This document shows positions 29,788 to 40,399 of a DNA stretch of 64,000 nucleotides, one piece after another. Source of the stretch: Macrostomum hystrix (taxonomy: Eukaryota; Animalia; Platyhelminthes). Location of the stretch: NCBI GenBank assembly GCA_950097015.1, contig CATNEN010000011.1:2728001-2792000 (forward strand), read 5' to 3'. Every line of letters begins with the position of its first letter. Positions within the stretch are counted from its first letter, which is position 1. A program made the position numbers and the translations under genes. The notes beneath the pieces were generated by a model that was not told the origin of the DNA, did no database searches, and worked only from the letters and a program-made list of their open reading frames with translations.

Positions 29788-32718
29788 TCAGTGTCCAAGG
29801 ATGCTTCGTGGTTTGCTGCTGGATCGCATGACAACAAAAACCCTGAGATTGGGCAATAATAATGTAAAATTAACATTACTAATAGAGGATCTAAAATTAC
29901 AGCTGTTAGGGGTTTCATTTCGAGATAAAAAATATATTTTATAAATATGTAAATGTTGGATCCTTACTAAAGGATGTTATGTAGAAACTATACTTAACGA
30001 TTTGGAATCTGTATTCAGGTATATGGGATCTATAGTTAAGGATGTGGGATCTATAGTTAAAGATAAGGGATCTATAGTTAAGGATGTGGGATCTATAGTT
30101 AAGGATGTGGGATCTATAGTTAAGGATGTGGGATCTATAGTTAAGGATGTGGGATCTATAGTTAAGGATGTGGGATCTATAGTTAAGGATGTGGGATCTA
30201 TAGTTAAGGATGTGGGATCTATAGTTAAGGATGTGGGATCTATATTTAAGGATGTGGGATCTGTATTTCTGGATGTGGGATCTAAAGATGAGGATGTAGG
30301 ATCTAAACTTATGGATGTGGGATCTAAAGATAAGGATGTAGGATCTAAAGATAAGGATGTGGGATCTAAAGATAAGGATGTGGGATATAAAGGTAAGGAT
30401 GTGGGATCTATATTTAAGGATGTGGGATCTAAAGATAAGGATTTGGGATTTACAGATAAGGATGTGGTGATCTATATTTAGGAATGGGGGATCTATATTT
30501 CATAATGTGGAATCTGCATTTAGGGATATGGGATCTGAATTTAGAAATGTGGGATCTGCATTTAGAAATGTGGGATCTGCATTTAGGGATCTGGGATCGA
30601 ACTATATTTAGGATGTGGGGATCTTTATCTGTTAAAGGATGGGGATATTCTTCATTTAGGAATGTAGAATCTATTGTTGAGGATATTTTGGAATCTATAT
30701 ATTTAAGATTTTTTTTAAAAGAACTATACAAATTCCTAGCCGGAACCACCTTCACTCACGTTGCAGCTCCCACAATGAAGCACACCGCGTGAGTGACAGC
30801 GCTAACCACAGGAGACTGATAGTCGCCTAGCAGGTAGCAGCAGTAGTACCAGGCCCAGCTGTGCCACGAATCAGCCGACGACATCGTTGAAGAAGCACCG
30901 CCGGCGCCGATCACAACTGACGATGTCGACGGGGCAGGCTGGCGACGCATGAGGCCAGTCTTGCGCAGGCTTAACGAGCCAACCGAACTTGAGGCCGACT
31001 GCTTGCCGCTGCGATGCGAGCCGCGCTTCGATCGGCCGGCACTGGCGCTAAAAAAGGGTTGGGTAAGGGACTTCTGAAACAAGGTGTGAAATACGGACTT
31101 GCTAGCGGGATATAGATTGGTTTTGAAAATAATGGGTTGGCTAGCGGGCTGTTTAGATTGGGTGTGAAAATAACGGGTTGGCTAGCGGGCTGTTTAGATT
31201 GGGTGTGAAAATAATAGGTTGGCAAGCGGACTTTGGAGATAAGGTGTGAAATACGGACTGGCTAGTGGGCTGTTTTTTGATAAAGTGTGAAAACGACGGG
31301 TTGGCTAGCGGGCTGTCTTGATAAGGTGCGAATAAAACGGGTTGGCAAGCGGGCTGTCTAGATGAGGTGTGAAAAATAACGGTCGGCTAGCTTGCTGTTT
31401 AGAAAAGGCGTGAAAATAATGGGTTGGCCGAGGGCTGTTTAGATAAGGCGTGAAAATAATGGGTTGGATAGCGGGCTGTTTAGTTGAGGTGTGAAATATT
31501 TTCAGAGTGCGAAATAACACTCCGACAAGCTGAAAGGTCGCACTTACAAAGACTGGCCGGACCAGTCCCACAACCAGTCTGTATTGTTCTGCATTAGTTC
31601 AGCTGTTGCTTTTGATGAAATCTGAAATGCAGTACCAATTATTATATGACTTTAATAAATATTTCTGAAAATACTACCGATTCCAAACAGATCTGCAGTG
31701 CACTCACACAATAGCTAGACTGTTGATCTTCTACAAGCACCGGAGGACTTCGACAGTCGCCATAGACTGGACTGACATTGCCCGACTGCGAAATGGATGA
31801 CAGGCCACTGCGCTGAGCTTCGCGTAGCAGCTGCTCAATGGCTCGCTGATGATGACTGCTGGATGGTTGCAAATCTTGGCCATGCTCAGCTGTGCTCGCC
31901 AAACCTTGGTTTTGATTTTGAAGATCATTGGCATCTTGCAGTGTGAAGTGCAGCTCCACCCAGGGTTCTAATAGTAGAATAGTAATGGTGATGGTCGATG
32001 GCAAATATAAATAACAAAGTAGACAAGAACTGATTTAGCCTTGTATGAGAAAATATTTGAACATATATTTTATACCTTGAATATATCAACATGTATAAGA
32101 AAAGACAAATGCTTGATTAGCTAGCTCCTATTGACCAAGAATTTATTTTCACAAAGGATAGCATAAGTGCCAGAAGACTAAAGCCTTATTTGACAAATCT
32201 ACAGTTAGAGGTAATCAGATATTTGATAGTTTGTAGTTTGACCTAACTACATATATATACAAATAACTAATAAATAATGATTAGGCCCCTAGTATATTGC
32301 TAGCTATACAAAAATAATTTGAATAACGAGCTATCCATATTGATAACTTAATCAATCTGAAACTAACAATTGTTGCCATAGGCCTATGCATAGCCTAAAC
32401 TAAAAATAAAAAAAATAAAAAACACAGAAGGTTAAATTGAACATTTTTATAACTCTGAATTTTTTTCTGTAAGGCTAAAACAAAAGTTCAATTTGATATA
32501 ATTGGGCCTAGAAATTAATTCTAAATAGCTATCATATAGAAAAACAAAGGCTGACATACAAATTGATTTTTACAATTGCTGCTCAACTGAAAACAATGCA
32601 CAAATTTAAATGCACAAGTTTTATTTTTTGGTAAATACACTTGGCGAAATAATAAGTAAGAACACAAAAATTATTCATTATTTAGCTTACCACTATTCGA
32701 GTCTGTGGAGGTCATCAT
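29788..32718 (-). CDS. BNIP3: BNIP3/NIX-family mitophagy receptor, 5 exons, ~234 aa
   Basis: Exons 32718-32691, 31967-31708, 31621-31548, 31047-30760, 29842-29788; GT-AG and phase-consistent (705 nt). Motifs match human BNIP3 as I recall it, in order: PWVELHF (LIR; human SWVELHF), IEQLLREAQ (MEKILLDAQ), NNTDWLWDWS (KNSDWIWDWS), SLSLRKTGLMRR (TLSMRNTSVMKK), tail anchor THAVCFIVGAATVFVVMR. Confidence 0.92.
30005..30625. repeat. Minisatellite, 21-bp unit TAAGGATGTGGGATCTATAGT, in BNIP3 intron 4
   Basis: About 28 copies, with a homogeneous left part and a degenerate right part. Confidence 0.96.
31075..31500. repeat. Minisatellite, ~41-bp unit AATAACGGGTTGGCTAGCGGGCTGTTTAGATTGGGTGTGAA, in BNIP3 intron 3
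   Basis: About 10 diverged copies. Confidence 0.9.
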
Positions 32719-34307
32719 TTTAAGCTTAAATATAGCAAAAAATAATTCTTTATCAACATAAAGAGCTAGGCGGAACTGGCGGCTGCTGACAAAAAACTGA
32801 CTAAAAGCTCTCTATCAGTATTTTTAGTATGCACAGTTTCTAGACGGTCTAGTCGCGGATGCCTGACCTAACAAGCAAAAAGAAATGGCCCACAGAATAC
32901 TACAGACAGTGAATGGCTCTTTTTACAGGCATAAAATTTATAAAGTTTTTTATATATTAACTAATATAAAGCAGATATATTTAACATGTACTGCAAATGT
33001 TTGCTTCTTGTTGCGAAGATGCAAATGCAGCACTCCTAACAACGCACTCGGGTTGAACTGTAAACGAACTTTAACGCACTTAAAAATGTTAGACTTAATT
33101 ATTCATATAAAATTCCGAGGCAGTCAGCTGACCGACAAGATAGTTTTCGTTGGCCGTTTAAAGCAATAAAAGTAATGTAAAATGCGTAAAGAAAGAATAA
33201 ATACAAGTTTTAACTTATCCTCAGCTATTTTCCATGTCTTTATATTATGTATTTTGTTTTGACACTGGTCCAGTTTTTTGCGGCGTGAATGACGTGATGA
33301 GAAAAATACAGTATCTATTCTGTTAGTTTGTCTCTTTCATTTTTTGCATACTGACATGCAGAATATGCAACCTGAAGTCATATTTCAAAGTTGCACTGCG
33401 AGCCTAAAATACTCATGGCGTATTTTAAATATTCTATAAGTGAATGATATTTTATACAATGTGTATAGTTACGGGTGAAAGGCTATTAGAAGAGACTGAA
33501 TAAAACGAAATAAATAAATAAAAATCACTGCAAAACTAGCAAAACTAAAACTGATGTGCAATGTATGGCAATTATTAAATTAATGTTAAAAATACATTGC
33601 ATAAAAAAGACAAGTTGCAACAAAAAATTCTAGTTTTTAATAAATTTATGTAACCTTATTTCGCATGTTCATTCAAATTAAATTCATTGAACGCACTTTC
33701 ACATAAAACTCAGGCCAACCTACAATGAGACGGCACTGTGAAGCGTTATATATGATGCATCATGATGTCATGAACATGCTTTAATTATCAGTCGGATAAC
33801 TGTGCCACTTTTCTCTCGATGTCATGGCTAGCTCATTTTTTCGGCAATGGGCTCTAAGCTGCGAACACCTTCTATGCTTCTTAAGTGTGCAAAACGATTG
33901 TGTTTCATCTCTCTCTCTCTCTCTCTCTGTATCTACTAGTTAGGCGCCAGACTTAAACTGAGCAATTGCAATTAGATATATGGATGGTTCACTTCACAGC
34001 CTTTCATAATTCTCCAGAAGCAGATTGCAGTACGAGCTATTCAGTACGCGCAGCAGCTAAATTATAGACTTTGCATGCAGCAAGGTTGGAGTATACAGAG
34101 GAAGAAGAATTGAAAAGATCTGACACAACAACAATAGCGCTCTCACTAACCGCTTAGGTCTCAGAATTTCAATGCGAGCTCCACATGCCAGCCATAAGTA
34201 ATGCATGCACATCTAACGTTCTCATACAAACTAAAAGCGACTCAAATCTGAGAGGCTAAATTTGCGTTAAAGACGGCGCATAGCACTGTAGCTATCGGAG
34301 TAGCAAT

Positions 34308-36760
34308 ATGGCGGCCAGAAAAAGAGCTCAAGAAAGGGATTTCAACAGGCGTCGATGGATCATCCTAGACAAGGGCCTGGACATGGCCTACAATCAGAAG
34401 GGCACAGCGCTTGGCGACTGTCTGCTTAAGTGGAATGTTCGCGAGGAGACCCTGCTGCAGAGGCGGCAACGGCTGCTGAACAAGCAAAGCGACATCACCG
34501 TTGGACAACGCGAGCAGGAGAAGAAGCTGTTTGTTGTGCTCAGAGACCAGGCTATCAGGGAGCCGACTTTGCTGCTGGAGAGGACCCCAACGGCCGAGCA
34601 GTATCCGGGCTATGTTGACCTCAAGCAGCCTAGGTAAAAGAACATCTATTGTTTAGACTTTGATTTATTAAGCTATGGCTATAGACCGTAGCTTACAGTT
34701 CTTTGTGCTGTTAAAAAGTCAGATTTAGGAAAAAAAGTTTGTCCACTTTCGGATACGAATAGTCATTCACAATGAACTATTTTTTTAACGACGTGACCAA
34801 CAATCTATAAATATCGAATCCTTTACCAATGACCATGAGCATCGAACACAATTACTAATCTTTCAACAATGACCATGAGACGAATGCATAAAGTTATACT
34901 CGTAGGACTACCAATTAGTCATTTGCCGCCCGTTTTTATACCAAGCCCCCCTGAAATTTATTGGCAGCGTACGTCTGAATGCTAACAGCGTTTGGTTGTG
35001 ACTGATTGGTTGACAGACTAGACGATGGTGTCCTGTGGTTGAGCTGCGCCTTATATTTTGGCTTGAGAATTGAAATTTGAGAAATTTCGCGTCAGGGTGT
35101 CCATAATTGCCTATTTAGTTCCACCTGTTGTAGTCCTTGAAGGTCCAGTAGTCCGTCTAGATAAAGGTAGATGACCACCGAAGACGGAGATGATGCAGGC
35201 ACAGCTGATAAAGTTTGAAGGCCTGGCAAGGCCGCACTGAGGCGTAGTTCGTGTATAGGGGTGTATGAAATACATAAGCGCTTATGGGAAAAATATGAAC
35301 TTCGGCCAGAACCATTGAATATCTCGACGGTCTGAAGAGCTGGCGACTTGATTCTTGTTTCAGAAGACACGCAACCAAAGTTGTCCAATGTTCTTGAGTT
35401 TCGTGTGGTGCGTTGCTCCCTTCGGGTGTAGCACAAATAATTGAGAAATCCCCCCTTGGTAGTTCTAACAATTAATTATTGACTAATAATCGACCATGAC
35501 TAATTAATTGTCTACTCTATCTCGCAGGTACATGCGCCCATTGAACTCGCGCCAAAGCAAGACGCCAGAGTTCAGCACATTCAGCGTCTTCCAGGCCGTC
35601 AAGAAACGGAAACGCAATCCCTGGGAGGAGGCTGTGAAGCAAAGCGTCCAATTCCGGCCAACCTTGTGTCCGTGCGCCAGGTTGAGCAGGCAAGATACGG
35701 ACAAGCTCATCATGGACTGGGCGGTTGTCAATGAGAAACAGACTAAAGCTTTGGGTCTGATGGTAAGTGCTATATATGCAGCTGGTCTGTTCTTAATCAT
35801 TTAGGGTCAAAGCGACATGAAAATTAACTTTGCAGGGGCGTAGCTAACTTGTGGGGCATTATTGGGGATCCCCATTGGCGACACCCCTGGTAGTGACAAC
35901 CCCTGGTAGTGACAACCCCTGGTAGTGACAACCCCTGGTAGTGACAACCCCTGGTAGTGACAACCCCTGGTAGTGACAACCCCTGGTAGTGACAACCCCT
36001 GGTAGTAACACCCCCTGGTAGTGACAACCCCTGGTAGTAACACCCCCTGGTAGTGACAACCCCTGGTAGTGACAACCCCTGGTAGTGACAACCCCTGGTA
36101 GTGACAACCCCTGGTAGTAACACCCCCTGGTAGTGACAACCCCTGGTAGTGAAACCCCTGGTAGTGACAACCCCTGGTAGTAACACCCCCTGGTAGTGAC
36201 AACCCCTGGTAGTGACAACCCCTGGTAGTAACACCCCCTGGTAGTGACAACCCCTGGTAGTGACAACCCCTGGTAGTGACAACCCCTGGTAGTGAAACCC
36301 CTGGTAGTGAAACCCCTGGTAGTGACACCCCTGGTAGTGACCCTGGTAGTGACCCTGGTAGTGACCCTGGTAGTAACACCCCCTGGTAGTGACCCTGGTA
36401 GTGACCCTGGTAGTAACACCCCCTGGTAGTGACCATGGTAGTGACCCTGGTAGTGACCCCCTAGGTAGTGACAACCCCTAGAAAAAATCCAGGCTACGCC
36501 ACTGTAACTTTGCACATTCACAGACCGACAATCGTTCAGCCCCGGTGAAGCAGGTTCGCACAGGTTTGAACCCGCTGAACCTGCCGCCTCGCCTGAACTC
36601 CCAGCTGCATCATCTGGCTCACGACCTGCTGGACAGCATCTCAACGCCCGGCTACAGCGAGGAGGAATACGACGACGAGCTCTCGTTGCCAAGCTACGAA
36701 GAGCCGATTGGGCAAGAAGTTGACGACCAAGCGCCAGTTTTTGTCACACAGCTGCCACAG

Positions 36761-36831
<71 letters not shown>

Positions 36832-37862
36832 GCCAGTTCCGCCTCGATCGCAGCTGAAATCGCAGCCGCCAGAGCATCACCAACAACACGATTTGCTACT
36901 GTTTGAAGCTAAAGACAACACCAAGAAGGAGAAGCAGGTCAGGACTTGGGCGTGTGAGATACACGTATCTAGACGAAAATATTCTATACCTTCTAGTTAA
37001 ATGCATTTTTCGATAGCATATCTGAAGACTGCGTACGGCTGTTCAGTCCATGGACTGGGGGGACGCCACACCCACTCTCAATGGCCCCTGTTGATGCTGA
37101 AGTACCGATTCAACCGCTGGGTGGACTAAAACAATGTAGAGTGAATTGTCTTCTAATGAACACACATCACTTCAGTGGAGAGGAATCGAACACCCGACCT
37201 TCAAGTTCTGATTCCGCTAAAACCACAAGGATACAACCCCTCGGCAGGGGGTAGTAGCCTAGATATCTAGATCTTTAGATATTGATTAAATACCCAGTGG
37301 TCTTTTACTAAGATAAACTGACCGGTTTTTAGATAATTTAAACGAATCTCTAGACGAGTCAACGGAGATTTTTTTAGTTTTTTCGAAACTATTTCCAAAA
37401 CGACACTAAAGCCACTACAATCTCCCCTAAATCAACGAACAGCTGGCTCATAGGCAGCAGGTGGAGGGCGCCCTGGTGAATATCTACAGCATGCTGGAAC
37501 AGCGAAGAGCTACCGGCCAGCCAAAGCTGCGCAAAAGCTTCGGAGACGGAAGGTCGCGAATCACCTACGCGCACAGGAAACAGTCAGCGGCGACTACAAA
37601 CACGACAACAGCTGCGGCTTCGGAGCTGACAATGACATCGGCTAGACCGTCGAGGTTGTCAACAGCTTCTACGGGAGCCGGACTGCGGCAACAGCAGCGT
37701 CAGGAACAACAGGGAGGTCGAGTTGTTGTAGTTCGCCTGCCCGGACAGTCGGTCAACGACGCAACGGAGATTAGAACCACCTGCAGGACAGCGGAGAGCA
37801 TTAGAATCCTGATGGAGGCCAGGCGACCAAGGACTGAGCAGCCCCAACAAGGTGCGCAATGA
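34308..37862 (+). CDS. Uncharacterised protein, 4 exons, ~458 aa, with poly-Q tract
   Basis: Exons 34308-34633, 35528-35762, 36524-36937 and 37461 (or 37458, tandem CAG acceptor)-37862. Splice sites AG|GTAAAA, CGCAG|G, ATG|GTAAGT, CACAG|, CAG|GTCAGG keep one open frame. GC-rich codon-like composition. No family recognised. Confidence 0.75.
35833..36504. mobile_element. hAT-type MITE (672 bp) carrying a minisatellite, in intron 2 of the orphan gene
   Basis: TIRs CAGGGGCGTAGC / GCTACGCCACTG (11 of 12 match) and an exact 8-bp TSD TAACTTTG at 35825-35832 and 36505-36512. Confidence 0.9.
35880..36480. repeat. Minisatellite, 16-bp unit GACAACCCCTGGTAGT, inside the hAT MITE
   Basis: About 37 copies with 13-17-bp variants. 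Confidence 0.97.
36762..36830 (+). repeat. Coding (CAG)n microsatellite, ~23 Gln
   Basis: Uninterrupted CAG run in exon 3 of the orphan gene. Confidence 0.95.
37017..37240 (-). mobile_element. CORE-type SINE, degenerate copy in orphan-gene intron 3
   Basis: Colinear with 28035-28322 (GAAGACTGCGTAC...CAGTCCATGGACTGGGG...GAATCGAAC...CCGACCTTCAAGT). Confidence 0.8.
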
Positions 37863-39334
37863 TCCCAGTGTCGATGCGGACAAGGCGTCAGCGTAGCAAC
37901 CGCATAGCAACGCCCGGAAAAGCAACTCTGTAGCATGGTAACGACTCAGAATAGCCATAACAATCGCATAGTAACCGAGCAGAAGACTTAGTAATAGCAT
38001 AGCAACGACCTAGCAACCGCATAGCAACCAGATGATATCAGCCAGACATTGGAGCATAGCAAACGCCAAGTAAACAGCATGTGCTCACAATCGATTGCTT
38101 TTCTGTCCTTTGTTCTCAAAGCTTAGTAGATACCTAATAAAAAACACAAACGCAGCAAACAATTATTTTCTCCAAAAATTAATTTGTTTAGCTTTAGAAA
38201 ACTGAAATGTAACAGAGCTGATAATAACATGCAAGTATTAAAAATAAAGCGTTTTTATGGGCAGTTTTTTGTATTTAAAAGTCCAAAAAGAACTGCTCAA
38301 GTTCCTGTATCTACACTCGGAGCCTTCCCTGTTTTCATGTATAAAATATTTTTATACCGTGAAACATACAAAAAAAGAAATTAAGCAATACAATGTCCTT
38401 CATATAATACTCGAAGTATTACAAATCATCTAATACAGAAGCGAACTGAAAATAAAAAGAGAACTTTAGTTCACACAAAATGAAACAGGGATGCATTTGC
38501 TGTGCACTTGAATTTGATGCCTGGAAGCAGTTAAAGCCAAAACTGCTGATGAAAATTAATAAATTCGCACCAAAATACGCTCGATTTAACATATTTTGAA
38601 TGTTTTAAATCACTTTAAATCACTCACTGCTGCTATACCTCGATTTACAAAAAAATAATTTTTCTAATACATAACATATAAGAAAATGTGAAATATGTGT
38701 CTGGGGATTTTGTTATAATACTCGTACTTCGGCGCGAATTCAAATTTAAATGAAGTTTTTTTAATTTCAATTATGCGGCAATCACAAGGCGGCAATATCG
38801 TAGAAAATTGTGTTATGAGCGAGTAGCTGAGTAGCTTTTCTGTTATTGCCAATCACGTCAAGTGTAATTAAAAACTATCTTTAAAACAAAAATTGCAGCC
38901 ATTCGTCTGGGTTAACGGAAGCGTTTTACATAAAAACTGAAAGCAGTATATCAAAACATAATTAACCGGATTATTGTAACACAATTTAGTAACTGAGCAG
39001 TTGTTGCTTAAGTTGACGGGAAAAATTTTAAATCAAAGAGAAACAAAAAATTGTAATAAAGACATCGCTACTGGAATTCGAATGAAACTGAAATAATTGA
39101 ATTGGAGATTCAAAAATTATAAACAAATATTTCGTCGAAACTAAAAATAATACAAAACATTATGGAATTATTATCTAAGGAATTGTAACAAACACATTCT
39201 GTTGTAGAGTTTAATAAAATAATAGCAAATGACCACCTTAGCACACGTTTCAGTAGAATGATAAACGAACAGAATTCACGTGGAAATATCTGGGAATATT
39301 GTGTGTTATATAAGATAGTTAACGACCGATATAA

Positions 39335-40320
39335 ATAACCTGGGATATAGATAGTCAATGACCGATTTGAATATCTTAAGTAATAGATAGTCAATGACCG
39401 ATTTGAATATCTTGAGTCATAGATAGTCAATGACCGATTTGAATATCTTGAGTCATAGATCGTCAATGACAGATTTGAATATCTTAAGTCACAGATAGTC
39501 AATGACCGATTTGAATATCTTGAGTCATTGATAGTCAATGACCGATTTGAATATCTTAAGTCACAGATAGTCAATGACCGATTTGAATATCTTAAGTCAT
39601 AGATAGTCAATGACCGATTTGAATATCTTGAGTCATTGATAGTCAATGACAGATTTGAATATCTTAAGTCACAGATAGTCAATGACCGATTTGAATATCT
39701 TGAGTCATTGATAGTCAATGACCGATTTGAATATCTTAAGTCACAGATAGTCAATGACCGATTTGAATATCTTGAGTCATTGATAGTCAATGACCGATTT
39801 GAATATCTTAAGTCACAGATAGTCAATGACCGATTTGAATATCTTAAGTCACAGATAGTCAATGACCGATTTGAATATCTTAAGTCATAGATAGTCAATG
39901 ACCGATTTGAATATCTTGAGTCATTGATAGTCAATGACCGATTTGAATATCTTGAGTCATAGATAGTCAATGACAGATTTGAATATCTTAAGTCACAGAT
40001 AGTCAATGACCGATTTGAATATCTTGAGTCATTGATAGTCAATGACCGATTTGAATATCTTAAGTCACAGATAGTCAATGACCGATTTGAATATCTTGAG
40101 TCATTGATAGTCAATGACCGATTTGAATATCTTAAGTCACAGATAGTCAATGACCGATTTGAATATCTTAAGTCATAGATAGTCAATGACCGATTTGAAT
40201 ATCTTAAGTCACAGATAGTCAATGACAGATTTGAATATCTTGAGTCATAGATAGTCAATGACAGATTTGAATATCTTATGTCATAGATAGTCAATGACCG
40301 ATTTGAATATCTTGGGTCAA
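39335..40320. repeat. Minisatellite, 36-bp unit GATAGTCAATGACCGATTTGAATATCTTAAGTCACA
   Basis: About 27 copies, beginning ~80 bp past the Vav stop codon. Confidence 0.98.
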
Positions 40321-40399
40321 CTAAATCTCCCTAGTAAAGAACTTACAGCTCGGCCTTATGCAAGGTTGTGGTAGTCACACAGCGCACCTAGATACACAT

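Noticed and set aside
35100-35460. GC-richer block in orphan intron 1 with GDLILVSEDTQP, faintly like the BEL/Pao C-terminal region; a 15-bp match occurs near 2190-2204 on the minus strand
   Set aside because: Stops in all frames and too little similarity to call without a profile search.
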